From Octopus vulgaris (Eukaryota), in assembly GCA_951406725.2 (NCBI GenBank), contig OX597840.1, forward strand, positions 18,042,001 to 18,106,000: DNA of 64,000 bases. The letters are read 5' to 3'. A program made the translations under genes and the position numbers. How positions within the stretch are numbered: position 1 is the first letter of the stretch; each line of letters begins with the position of its first letter. This document shows positions 52,321 to 64,000 of this stretch, piece by piece. Under the pieces are notes generated by a model, which searched no databases, was not told where the DNA came from, and saw only the letters and a list, made by a program, of their open reading frames with translations.

Positions 52321-52759
52321 ATCTACAATGACAAATGCACCAGAGACTCTCCAAATGTGATTCTCTCTCTACAATGGCATATTTTTGCTACTTGAGGGTG
52401 TGATTTGGTTGCTATTTCTAGCAGATATTTGATGTCCTTTCCATGGAATATATCGTTGCTGCTCATAAATAACAGCCACTGAAATAACCAACTTGCTGTT
52501 GAGGTTTCAGGGTGAGACTCGGAACAACTCATATAAAACAAAGCAACATAAATGAAAGAATAATAATGGCTTCAAATTTTGCCACAAGGGCAATAATTCT
52601 GTCGACCCCAGTACGCAACTGGTACTTAATTTATTGACCCTGAAAGGATGAAAAGCGATGTTGATCTCGGCAGAAATTAAACTCAGACCATAAAGACAGA
52701 CAAAATACTGCTAAGCATTTTGCCCAGTGTGCTAACGATTCTGCCAGCTCGCCACCTTC

Positions 52760-52797
<38 letters not shown>

Positions 52798-53369
52798 CAA
52801 AAAGGTGAGCTGGTTAAGGTGGCAAGCTGGCAGAATTGTTAGCCCGCCAGGCAAAATGCTTAACAGTATTTCATTTGCTGTTATGCCTTGAGTTCAAATT
52901 CCACTGAGGTCGACTTTGCCTTTCATCTTTTCAGGGTTGATTAAACAAGTACCAGTTACTCACTGGCATCGATGTAATTGACTTAATCCCTTTGTCTGTC
53001 CTTGTTTGTCCCCTCTATGTTTAGCCCCCTTTCAGCAATAAAGAAATAAATACAACAAACAGTAGATGAATTTTAAAAAAAGCATTTATGAAAAATAAAG
53101 ATTTTTTTGTACAAAATGCAAATAAGAATAGTGAAAAGGCAATTTTTTTCTTTTCTTTTTTTTTTATAATTTTTTGATCCATTGAAAGCAAAGCAGGTGA
53201 TATGGAGACTACAGCCAGCCTAGAGACTGGTTGTAGTTCCTGTTGGATATATATATATATACATATACACATACATACAGACATATATGATATATACATA
53301 GATATATATTTATAGTGTTCTGTTCCGTGATGGTAAGATCAGCAAAAAAAGTACTTCGTCTGGTGAGAG

Positions 53370-53679
53370 ATATTACTTAATAAGCACAATATATGTTCCT
53401 GTATTTGCTAGTATAAGTTTCATGTGATAAAAGCATCTCAGACAGTAATTTTTAACACATCTAGTGCCTTAGCACAATCCTCAGGCAATTCTCCCATGGC
53501 ATAACAGGCTCTCACCTTTTCTTGTTTATTCTTTCATCCTATTTTTAGTTTGTTATACCATGTGGACATTGCCTGAAGATTGTGCTAAGGCACCAGATAT
53601 GTTAAAAAATACTGTCAGATGCTTTCATCGCATGAAACTAATTGTAGCACATAAAAACATTGTGTTTATTAAATAATAT
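53370..53679. repeat. Foldback inverted repeat carrying a hammerhead core on each arm
   Basis: Arms ~53370-53510 and 53547-53679. Plus strand tgc-CTGAAGA...GAAAC-taatt-GTA-gca (53570-53649); minus strand CTGAGGA (53478-53484)...GAAAC. Confidence 0.8.
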
Positions 53680-54859
53680 ATATATATAATATATATTGGT
53701 AATTTGTCCAATAATTTCAGCTGGAAGAATTTAATGATTCCATCTTTGAAAAATCTCCATCATAGGATGGAAAAGAAAATTAACTAAAAAAAAAAAAGAA
53801 AAAAAATCTTCCCTGTACATTTTTTTTACCACTTCTTTTCAAAGAACCATTAAAACCCCACTAAAATTTTAATGATCAGCAATTTCATCAATTTCACCCC
53901 CATATCCACCCCCACCTCCCGTCCCACAGAAGCCACATCTTATTGGGTGAGGTTAAGAAACTGGTAAATCATTTGACGAAAGTTTCCCCCTCCCCTCTCT
54001 TCTGCAACAACATCCTTCAAAGTCATGGTGTCCCCCTTGTGGACAATTAATACAAGGGAGATAATTATCTCATCTTAAATATTTGGTGAGATTAAAGAAT
54101 TAAGAAAAAGATGCATAGAATACAGGTGTGTAATTTTTTGTTTTTTCTGTTTAAAGTATTTTCTATAAATTTTAAATCCCACCATCTTTAAAGGGGCCAC
54201 CAACATTCCTGAAACTAAAATCCTTTGCGGAGAGAAGTGGTTGTGTTCTCTGGTGGAAAAAATAAATATGGAAACAATAAAGATGGATATTTACTTTGAA
54301 ACTAAACATGTCTATAAATGTTATAGTTTTCATGTTCAACTCCCCAGTTTTGTTATTGCTGTTGTTGCTGTTATGTTTTTGTGATTGTTTAGCCCTAGGC
54401 CATCCTCATCCAAGCAGTCACCTAAGGTTAAAGTCATAAGCATTCAATTTTCTTACACATATCAAACTACTACATTACATGAGCGAGTGTTTCCGTCTGT
54501 TTAAGACTTGACAGAACTTTAACTGCTATATCTAGCATGCTGGATGACTCACAAAAACTGATCGTAACAAGCTAATCCAATGCCTTGCAGAACTATAATC
54601 CAAGACTAATCTCTGACAACAGCTGAATGGATGTCTTTTGCTGCCAATTTGGTTTAATTCAAATTTCCAGTGACTTACAGCACCACAGGTCTTGCTTTAA
54701 CGAACCATTTTAAACCCCAACAAGTTTGTTTATTCCCTCTGACCCTTTTTACTTCTTCCATCCTTCATATTTATTATATCCCAAAAGTTTTATTAAACAT
54801 GCTGTTTCCAGTTAGTTCCATATACATTTCTTTAAGTAGAGTTTATCATAGCACAAATT

Positions 54860-55560
54860 AAATCAGTAAAAATTCCATTTCTAGCAAGAGCTAACTCCAT
54901 ATTTAGACTTCAAAGCATGGAGTCCATCAACAAATTTAAACAACTTCAGACAAATTCCTTTAAGCAAACCTTACATTATTTTTAGCAGTCTTTATTATGA
55001 CAAGCATAATTGATAAAACTACCATTTCTACCTCAAATTATCTGTATTTCTTCATATATCAAAATTCGAAACTTTGGAATTCCATCAGTGAATTTAATGT
55101 TCTACTAAAATTTCATTATACAGATCTGATATTTCTTTCAGCAGACTTTATTTCAATACAGATTCATTTGGTAAAAATTCCATTCCTAATTTGAGTTATC
55201 TGAGATTTCAGACTTCAAGACAGGGGGACTCCATCAGCAAATTTTATCAATTCCAGACTAATTTCATTAAGCAGAAATTACATTCCTTTAAGCAGACTTT
55301 ATTACGGCACGAATTTAATTGGTAAAAATACCATTCCTAACTTGAGTTATTCTCATCAAGACTTCAAGACCAGGAGCCACCATCAGCAAATTTAACAATT
55401 TTGTTATGCAGAACTTCCATTTCGTTAAGCAGACTTTATTATGGTACAAATGAAATGAATAAAAATGCTGTTTATAACTGGAGCTATCCCCATCTTCAGA
55501 CTTCAAGACATGGGAATTCCATTAGCAGACTTAAAAGGTCAGACAAATTTCATTTAGCAG
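54860..55560. repeat. Degenerate ~150-bp tandem repeat (about 4.5 units)
   Basis: Recurring gtaaaaattccatt (near 54866, 55013, 55171, 55322), agacttcaag, ccatcagcaaattt and aagcagacttta. Confidence 0.7.
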
Positions 55561-56261
55561 ATGTATCATAAATATAGCTCAAAGAAAACAGATCAAAACA
55601 CCAGTTCTAACCGAAGTTATTTGATCTTTATTGAAAGTCATGCTGTCCTATGATTGAGATTTCAAACTCAAACACTTAAATGCCTCCAGTTTAAAGAATA
55701 TAGAGCACTTTTGGTGAGACAGAGAGAAAGTTCTTTTGTTTCCTTTGCGAAAATTCTTGTAAAGGTTTGTCTTTGATTCAGTCCAGCCTAGTTTTAATGA
55801 CATGATATTATGAAAGTGTGCTTTTAACAAATGATGTATAATTATGTATATTCACCAAAAAAATAAAATAAAGTAAAATAAAGGCAGCAAAACAAGGTTA
55901 GAAAATATTAATAAATTATAATAAATTATGATACAATTCTAACATTATATATGTTTATATATATATATATATATATATACATACACACATACATGTACAG
56001 ATACACACACATACTAGTACATGCATGTATACATAAACACATACATGCATATACATACATACATGCATACATACATATATAGTTTATATACATATCTGTG
56101 TGTGTGCACACACGTGCTTACTAATTTATGTGTATATTATTGATTCTGTTATTACCATTTTTAAATTGTTACACTAGATAATAATAGAGTCAATAATATC
56201 TTCACAAATATTTTCTTGTGAATTATTTGTTCCATATATATATATATATATATATATACAG

Positions 56262-56668
56262 ACGTAGGAGTGGCTGCGTGGTAAGTAACTTGCTTATGAA
56301 CCACATGGTTGCAGGTTCAGTCCCACTGCGTGGCACCTTGGGCAAGTGTCTTCTACTATAGCCAACCAAAGCCTTGTGAGTGGATTTGGTAGACGGAAAC
56401 TGAAAGAAGCCTGTCGTATATATGTATATATATGTATGTGTGTGTATATGTTTGTGTGTCTGTGTTTGTCCCCCCCCCCCAACATCGCTTGACAACCAAT
56501 GCTGGTGTGTTTACGTCCCCGTAACTTAGTAGTTCGGCAAAAGAGACTGATAGAATAAGTACTAGGCTTACAAAGAATAAGTCCTGGGGTCGATTTTCTC
56601 AACTAAAGGTGGTGCTCCAGCATGGCCACAGTCAAATGACTGAAACAAGTAAAAAAGTAAAAGAGTAA
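56262..56668 (+). mobile_element. SINE family A copy ~210 bp downstream of the WFS1 stop (antisense to the gene)
   Basis: Consensus match. Confidence 0.85.
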
Positions 56669-56880
56669 ATATTTATAGATACACACACACACATATACAT
56701 ATATGCAGATATATATGTATATATTTATGCATGTATGTACATAAGTATGCACACACATGCATATGTATGCACACACACACATCTATCTTACATGGATATA
56801 TGTGTGTGTGTGTGTATCCATATACGTGTGTATACATATATGTATATGTAATGTGAACAGTTAATTTACCGTCAGCAGCT

Positions 56881-58644
56881 CTAATTGTAAGCAAACTCAA
56901 ATAAAGGAAACATGAAGAATCGAACCATTATTGATAACATCTCGACTAACTTCATTCGGAAAATGTCTTGGATTTCCTTAATTTCTATCATCTGAGGCAA
57001 ATCTCGGTCTTCAGTAGATATATAGCGGAGATGAAGAATAGGGTCACCCAGGGCCAAATTTTGTGCAATCAGGCCAATGAATCTTACACGATCTCCAACT
57101 CGTAAAGTCAACAGCTGGTCTTGGAAACGGTAATCTGCCAGCAACGAACACTGAATGTAAGATCCTTGCATGGTAACAAATACCTTAAACGTATAGTAAT
57201 CATATTCTTTGAGGTGACAGGTCCTGCCAAGAGACATCATTTGCTGGCAATGTTTGTAGTCGACCGTATTCTCAAAGTTTTCTTCCTTACAGTCATAAGC
57301 TTCTCCGTAGGCACAGCGTAAGTGATTTGCTATAAACAGTGGTATACTCTCAAGAAATTTCTCTGCCGAATTCTCCACTTTTGTAATGGTTATGTCTTCA
57401 ATTGTACCGTTCCATGCGACTTTTATTCCTTGCAGGTGCGAACAGCGTATTGCAGTTGTCGCTTTGGTCTCACCTGGAGGAATACTGCTGCAACGTTGCA
57501 TGTATTCAGGCCATGTCAACTGACTCTGAGTCTCTTCGTGCATCGCAGGAATCTGAATGAAGAACAAAGGAACAATAGCAATGACACAGAAAATGGCGAT
57601 TGCAATTCGTTTTGCGACTCGGTATTTCGAGCTGATTTGGTCTCCGAGCAAAAGGTGGCTTTGCGTGAGAGCAAGTGGAATCCCGAGCAGAATAGCAGTC
57701 GTCAGAATTTTACCGAACACTGCTGATTGTACAATTCTGAAAATGAAGTAGAGAACGGACAGGCAAGCAGTCAAGAACGAAAGTGGCACTAACAGGGGCA
57801 GCATGAGGTAACCGACAGTGGCGCGAGCCAAGGTCCACCAGGTGGTGTAAGTAAAGAGTATTATGGCAAAGTTCCACCAAAAATAGCAGACCAGGTGAGG
57901 AACGAGGACACGGTAGAATCCTTGCCAGGATTTCTTCCTAGCCATGAACATGAAGAGGAAGAGGAGGGTGATGAAGGCACCGGACGGGAGGCTGAAGTTG
58001 AAGTTGAATCCAAGCCCAATATTGATCACAAACAACGGGGACGAGATGAAACGGAGGAGTTGGACTATAATAGGGATGTCTGGGAAATTTTTCATAAGTG
58101 TCGGAAGAGAGGCAAGTAAGTTGGTAGCCAAACATGCTAAGGTCAGGTGGTCGTAGCTGTCACTTAATGCAATAAAACAACTAATGGCTAACAGCAGGGA
58201 GATAACACAAAACTCCGAACACGGTATGTACATTTTGTCGGCCAGAGAAAAATTGAAAACCGTAGTAAAAACCGACAGGAAAAAGACTATATACGGCGCC
58301 ATAGAATTCCAGCAGAACTGAGATTCGACATTCTCAATGTCGACGCCAATCTCGAAATTCTTCAACACGGACGTCAGCCGAGCTGTTTCCGAAAGCTTCT
58401 GCCGACTGTAGAACATCTGCAAGGTAGAAATTATCATGGCGGCAATGGAAAGGTAGAAGAAGAAGAGGGGGAAAATAAATAAAATAAGGTCTGGAGTGAT
58501 GAAACTGTAGACGAAGAGCAGCAACATAAAATAGATTTGTCGGGTCGGGATGAGAGAGAGCAGCCAACTGGTTCCTCGAGTTGATGCCACTTCCAACACG
58601 TGCTGGACACAAACTTTGATCGTAGTCATTGGATGTTTCATAAC
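56881..58644 (-). CDS. WFS1: Wolframin (WFS1) homologue, large terminal exon: TM domain, Cys-rich domain, OB-fold-like C-terminus
   Basis: 586-aa ORF with wolframin-like motifs (WLLSLIPTRQIY, YIPCSE, GFYRVLVPHLVCYFWW, LTWPEYMQRC, CSHLQGIKVAWNG, LRCAYGE, CHLKEYD, C-terminal FFMFPLF). Phase-0 acceptor ctacttttag|GTT at 58645/58644; stop at 56881-56883. Confidence 0.93.
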   Translation of the reverse strand, partial: VMKHPMTTIKVCVQHVLEVASTRGTSWLLSLIPTRQIYFMLLLFVYSFITPDLILFIFPLFFFYLSIAAMIISTLQMFYSRQKLSETARLTSVLKNFEIGVDIENVESQFCWNSMAPYIVFFLSVFTTVFNFSLADKMYIPCSEFCVISLLLAISCFIALSDSYDHLTLACLATNLLASLPTLMKNFPDIPIIVQLLRFISSPLFVINIGLGFNFNFSLPSGAFITLLFLFMFMARKKSWQGFYRVLVPHLVCYFWWNFAIILFTYTTWWTLARATVGYLMLPLLVPLSFLTACLSVLYFIFRIVQSAVFGKILTTAILLGIPLALTQSHLLLGDQISSKYRVAKRIAIAIFCVIAIVPLFFIQIPAMHEETQSQLTWPEYMQRCSSIPPGETKATTAIRCSHLQGIKVAWNGTIEDITITKVENSAEKFLESIPLFIANHLRCAYGEAYDCKEENFENTVDYKHCQQMMSLGRTCHLKEYDYYTFKVFVTMQGSYIQCSLLADYRFQDQLLTLRVGDRVRFIGLIAQNLALGDPILHLRYISTEDRDLPQMIEIKEIQDIFRMKLVEMLSIMVRFFMFPLFEFAYN

Positions 58645-59354
58645 CTAAAAGTAGAGTAATAATAATAATAATAATAATTATAATAATAATAATAATAATA
58701 ATAATGATAATAGTAATGATAATAGTAATGACAACACCAACAACATAATATTAATAATTACAATTTCATTTATTGGCCACAAGGGCCCAAGACATGGAGG
58801 ACAATATTTTTTATTTCTTTATTGCCCACAGGGGGTTAAATAGAGAGGGGACAAACAAGGACAGACAAAGGGATTAAGTCAATTACATTGACACCAGTGC
58901 ATAACTGGTACTTATTTAATCGACCCTGAAAGGATGAAAGGCAAAGTCGACCTCGTCAGAATTTGAACTCAGAACGTAAAGGTAGATGAAATGCTGCTAA
59001 GCATTTTGCCCAGTGTGCTAACAATTCTGTCAGTTTGCCACCTTAAGGACAATATTGAAGGATGGGTTACAGCACAAAAACATTTACAAAAACATGTGGG
59101 GTTAACATTAATCAAGGGGAGATCCTACCACATTAAAGGATATAACAGAGGATATCTAACAGAAAGTAGAGAAATAAATAATAAATAAATAGAATCTCCT
59201 GATAATGGGGCGGTCCACTTAGAGTAATCCAGGGTAAAACCCATGAAAAATCCCAGATTACTCTGCCATCTCCAAGGCATAGGAAAGTGCCCTCTTCCAG
59301 TTTCTTTCCCCCTGCTTAGAAAAGCATATTCAGAATCGACCTATTCAGTTTCAC

Positions 59355-59830
59355 CAGTGGAGGGGAGTTGTGGAAGAGGGAGAGCCATGAAGATATGGGA
59401 TGAAGTTTTGAAGGCTGATCGCAAAACGCTGGACCTTATAAAGGAGGTGACAGAGGATGAAGACATGAGGCACATCGTTGTACTCAAGGACATCCACCCA
59501 CCCACCACAACAGTACTTAGATCTGAAAACCAAGGTGCCACATAAAAAGCATTGGTGTGGATGCTGATGCCATGAAACATGCACTGGTTCTGGTGCCATG
59601 TAAAAAACTCTGGTGATGGTACCATGTAAAAAGCACCTTGTACAAACTGCAGAGTGGTTGACATTAGGAAGGGCATCCAGCCATAGAAACCAAGCCAAAA
59701 CACACTATGGAACTTGGTGTGGGGCCCCTGGCCTTGTTAGTTCCTGTCAAGCTGTCCAACCCATGCCAGTATGAAAAACATGTGTTAAATGATGTTGATG
59801 ATGATGATGATGACGATGATGATGATGATA
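59355..59830 (+). mobile_element. RTE-clade LINE 3' end (ORF C-terminus, 3' UTR, (gat)n tail) in a WFS1 intron
   Basis: VEGSCGRGRAMKIWDEVLKADRKTLDLIKEVTEDEDMRHIVV resembles the RTE terminal motif EGxxxRGRPxKTW...D...DRxxWR. Confidence 0.72.
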
Positions 59831-59860
59831 ACAATGATGATGGACATTTGTCTTTTTTAC

Positions 59861-60000
59861 CTTTGACCAAACGCTTGATCTCTTGTACACCTCAGACTGT
59901 TCAGCTGCTTCTTCTTCAGTCAAATTAATCTTTCCTTGGATCTTCTTGGAGATGGTCTTTACGAAAGCATCTTCAGAGATGGCATCGCCGATCTTCTTAC
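59861..60000 (-). CDS. WFS1: Wolframin internal exon (G-KKIGDAISEDAFVK...RSSVWSK)
   Basis: Acceptor ttctgtgacag| at 60001-60002 and donor AAG|gtaaaa at 59861/59860. 140 nt, phase 1 to phase 0, joins both neighbouring exons in frame. Confidence 0.85.
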
Positions 60001-60817
60001 CTGTCACAGAAGAAAAAGAAGGATTAAGATTAACCCTTAATGTGCAGGAACTGATTTAACTCATTCCTGGTATTAGGGTACTTTATGGAATTCTCAACAT
60101 TTCAAATGACAATGTACACGCATTATATTTTTACTGGCCAATAGAGAGAGAGATCACAAGACCTGATGTGCATATGGTTTGCATGTGACATCACCAGCGA
60201 AAATTTAATCAACGCAGTGATGGTTAGGTCTAACAGCCAAGCAGGCTCTTGTAGGGTTTGAACTCAGAATATAAAGAACTGAAACAAACACTACAAGGTA
60301 CTATAAGAATTGTGCCATTCCACTGCTGTAGAATTGTTTCTATTTATTGACCCTGGAATGACAAAAACTTGAGGTGGGCTCTGTAGGATTTAAGCCTGGT
60401 TCATAAGGCACTGTTTATTTATTGATCTATGGTGAAAATGAATTTCATGTCAATAATTAGCATACAAAACTACATCAATACACCAAATTTTAAGTCAATT
60501 TGAACAGAATTTAAGAAATTTAAGAAAGTGGCAGCCAAACAGAAGAGATCCTAATATTTTGGTATTCTTTCGAAGCAATGCCATGAATTATAGATTCTTG
60601 CTGTTCTTTTCCTCTGCATCTTAAAAAACCCTACAAAAAGTCAGAGGTGCTGCCCTCTATCTGTTGAATAAGACATAAACATAATAATAACAGCAACAAT
60701 AACAACAACAAAAGCAACTACAACAGCAACAACACCACCAACAACAGTAATAACAACAGAAACAACAACAGCAACCACAACCACCGCCACATACATATAC
60801 ATCCCAGACCCCATTAC

Positions 60818-61018
60818 CTGCTGCAGCCAATAATTTCCGTGCCTGTTCATCGCCTGGGATTTCCTTTATGGCTTTCATATACTCATCCTTGCTCAGCACT
60901 TCTTTGTGGGTCTTGTTGAGAGAGCCAAACATCTGCCTGGCAGCAAGTCTGATTTTCTTCTCCATTGCAGACGTATTTATACACCATTTAATGAGTTCTT
61001 CATTCTGTTCTGTGATTC
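60818..61018 (-). CDS. WFS1: Wolframin internal exon (GITEQNEELIKWC...EKKIRLAARQMFGSLN...LLAAA-G), EF-hand-like region
   Basis: Acceptor atctttacag| at 61019-61020 and donor CAG|gtaatg at 60818/60817, 201 nt. The GIT..NE...E..R.AA..M...LN pattern recalls vertebrate WFS1. Further upstream exons not identified. Confidence 0.87.
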
Positions 61019-61171
61019 CTGTAAAGATAAACAAAAGAACAATCATATTTAAGTGTAATGTTAGTTTTAAGTGACTCCAGGGCTTTCATCTCCCTGCCTC
61101 TGACTATTCACAACTTTTCTCCACTGTTAAGAGAGTAAGAAAACAGAGAAGAAGAGAAAATCAATCATATA

Positions 61172-61478
61172 TCTTTATATATAAAATTGAAGTTGTGTGT
61201 GTGAGACTCTGTCTCCTCCGATTTAGATTCCTAACTACTCCCACATTTTGCGGTGCAGTTTAACCAAATGCGGGTATCTTATAGTCGTCATTCATATCGA
61301 GCCCTTCTGGGTATTAGCGCACGTCTATGATGAGTCTACGATTTGAAAAAAAATTTACCATCATTTTTCCGCATTTTTAATGATTTTTGCTCAGGTTATA
61401 TAAGGGAAGTAACTTTCTAAAAATGCTTATATAGTTATTTCCCTTACAAACCCGAGCAACGCCGGGCGATACTGCAAG
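61172..61478 (+). mobile_element. Non-autonomous Helitron
   Basis: a|TCtttatatataaaa 5' end; subterminal hairpin cccgagcaacgccggg; CAAG|t end (CTAG variant). Confidence 0.7.
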
Positions 61479-63739
61479 TAATTCCTAAAGGTTTTACATG
61501 AATATAGACCAACTAATTTCATGATCTCAGGTTATGTTGTACTGAAGAGCCCAAAAGAAGAGTGAAACGGTGCTATCTACAACTACTAGGACACTTAAAA
61601 AAGAAAAGAAAAAATGGGTTATGTGGAAATATTGTTCCATATGCTCTCTTACTCATAAAAAGATCTCTCATAATAATAACAACAATAATAATGATGCAGT
61701 ACCAGGCAGTGGCCCTCGGGGCTTCTGATCTTAACCGATTGGAAGTGTTATCATGTACATTGTTTTGTCTTGGTATAAAAGATGGGCTACAGCAAATATT
61801 CTGCTCAATACCACAGAATTGCTTGTCAGTTGTTTGACCGTAACCAGTTGAGAATGTCGCTCGATGGTTGACGCTATATACATCTCTGATGATGAGCAGA
61901 AGTAGTGGGGGAGCATCATAGCCATGTGGTGAGAGGAATTCTTTGGGGTTTGGATAATTCCCCTTTGGAAACTTGGGTGTTTTGTTCAACATCCTTAAAC
62001 AATTCTTTTTCAGGGACCTTTTGAGCAGGATGAAAAATTCTAACTGGGCCTCACCTGCAACGTCATACACAGTTTATCTTGATATGAGATCACCATGTCA
62101 CATACACATGATGCATGTGCCTGGTGTACCCTAATCAGACGGGTAGTCATTATGGGTATATTGGGCTTTGTATATTTGTACCCCAGTGTCACTTTGATGG
62201 GGCGTGCGCTGCTCTCTCACTCAATAACAACAAAAGAATGTAAATTCACAGTCTTAAATTGTGTATTGCAACATATGTTTCCACATCATCATTAAGTTCT
62301 GACTTTTATATTCATGTAATATAATTTAAAATTCCTCTCAATAATTCTGTATTTGAATACTTATTTTGCTTTATTACTAGTGTGGAGGTGCATGGCTCAG
62401 TGGTTAGAGCGTCGAGCTTACGATCGTGAGGTTGTGAGCTCGAATCCCAGACCGGACTGCGTGTTGTATTCTTGAGCAAGACACTTTATTTAACATTGCT
62501 CCAGTTCACTCAGCTGTAAAAATGAGTTGCGACGTCACAGGTGCCAAGCTGTATTGGCCCCTTTGCCTTTCCCTTGGATAACACTGGTGGCATGGAGAGG
62601 GGAGGCCGGTATGCATGGGCGACTGCTGGTCTTCCATAAAAAACAACCTTGCCCGGACTTGTGCCTGAGAGAGTAACTTTCTAGGTGCAATCCCATGGTT
62701 AGTCATGACTGAAGGGGATCTCAACTAGTGTGGATGTTTCTTCAGGTAGGGTATTACTAAAGATCGTTTAACTAGATCCACTGATCTTGAGGACACATGG
62801 AAAATAACATGTGGTAGCCACAGACCCACTAAAGCATGGAAAATGGATGTTAAGCAACAACGACGACAACAACAATGATGATGATATACAAAAGACCTAA
62901 AGAAAAAAAGAACTGTAGTGCGATTTTGGGCGATTTGGTTGCTATTTCTAGTGAATTGAGTGTCTTTTATTAGCATATACCAAAATATAAATTATATTTG
63001 GCCTAGAAACACAATTCATGTAATTATCGTTCCAGCTGTCATTAAATTATTATTTTAATTATATTTTAACAAGGCATCAAACTGTCTTAGGATTGAGGTC
63101 ATGTGCTCCACTGATTATTGTTGTTGTTGTTGTTGTTCAGCTCAATTCAACTCTGGTCAAATAAATCTATGAGCAAAAGGGTTCCATATATGACCATCCT
63201 GTAATTTTTATATACTTAGAAGATTATTATCAAATTTGCTCTATCTTTTGTTTGTTTTTATTTTGTTTTGTTTTTCTCAGAAGGCACAGACATGGCCGGA
63301 TGGTTAAGAACCTTGCTTTGCAACCATGAGATTTTGGGTTCAGTCCTACTGTATGACACCTTGGGCAAGCTTCTTCGACTAAAGCCCCTGCCTGACCAAT
63401 GCCTTGTGTGTAGATTTGGTAGGTGGAAACTGAAAGAAATCCCTGAAATTGCTGGCCTGGAGCCAAAATTTGAAACCAATATTATCTTCTTAGATTCATC
63501 TTTACGTTCTGAGTTCAAATTCAACAGAGGTCAGCTTTCCCTTTCTTCCTTTCAGGGTTGATAAAACAAGGACCAGTTGAGCAGTGGGGTCGATGTAATC
63601 AACTCACCCCCTCCCCCAAACTAGCAAGCCTTGTGCCAAAATTTGAAGACACATCAAGCTAAATAAAATTGTGGATGTTCATACGTAGAGGCACATCCTC
63701 TAAATCCCTCTCTCAGCTGAAAAGTCCAAGTCTTGCAGG

Positions 63740-64000
63740 TTTGGTAATGGTGCCACGTGAAAGCATCTGTGTTGGTGCCACATACAAGCACCCATGCTGG
63801 TGTCATGTAAAAGTGCCTCTGCTGGTGTCACGTAAAAGAACCCATGCCAGTGCCCCACAGAAGTACCCTTAGCGGTGGCACATAAAAGCAGCTGTGCCAG
63901 TGCTGGTGCCATGTAAAAGTAGTCATGCTGGTGCCACGTAAAAGTAACCATGCAGGTGTCACGTAAAAGTGCCTCTGCTGGTGTCACATAAAAACATGCC
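63740..64000 (+). repeat. Degenerate tandem array of gtgccacgtaaaag... units (RTE-type 3' UTR), running off the window
   Basis: Same unit family as 4830-5340 and 20940-21312. Confidence 0.7.

Noticed and set aside
57121-58156. Plus-strand ORFs antisense to WFS1
   Set aside because: Short shadow ORFs of a GC-richer coding exon with no recognisable motifs.
62383-62455. tRNA gene-like heads (also at 45487, 39076, 50005)
   Set aside because: They continue into shared SINE bodies and lack proper acceptor stems; these are SINE heads.

Overview
Repeat-rich, AT-rich metazoan genomic DNA. The SINE/microsatellite landscape looks like an octopus (coleoid cephalopod) genome; that is inferred, not database-checked. 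Two protein-coding genes lie on the minus strand. (1) A complete two-coding-exon unorthodox (AQP11/AQP12-type) aquaporin, join of 8070..8709 and 2808..3088, 306 aa, whose first NPA box appears changed to VPA and second to NPT, with the diagnostic downstream Cys. (2) The last three exons of a wolframin (WFS1) homologue: 60818..61018, 59861..60000 and 56881..58644; its 5' exons lie beyond what I can identify. Nearly all other ORFs in the track are microsatellite or SINE artefacts. The rest is tRNA-derived SINEs, RTE and CR1-type LINE fragments, two identical-deletion mariner derivatives, a decayed DD37D-like Tc1/mariner, a Tigger/pogo fragment, hAT MITEs, non-autonomous Helitrons and very long micro/minisatellites. 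The most interesting non-obvious signal is a dispersed set of short, often (TA)n-embedded repeats carrying minimal hammerhead-ribozyme (HHR) topology (CUGANGA...GAAA, palindromic stem III), like Penelope-element/retrozyme HHRs. Several sit in long foldback inverted repeats, and some have non-canonical cores. There is also a circularly permuted tRNA-Thr-like repeat. All structures were read by eye and repeat boundaries are approximate.
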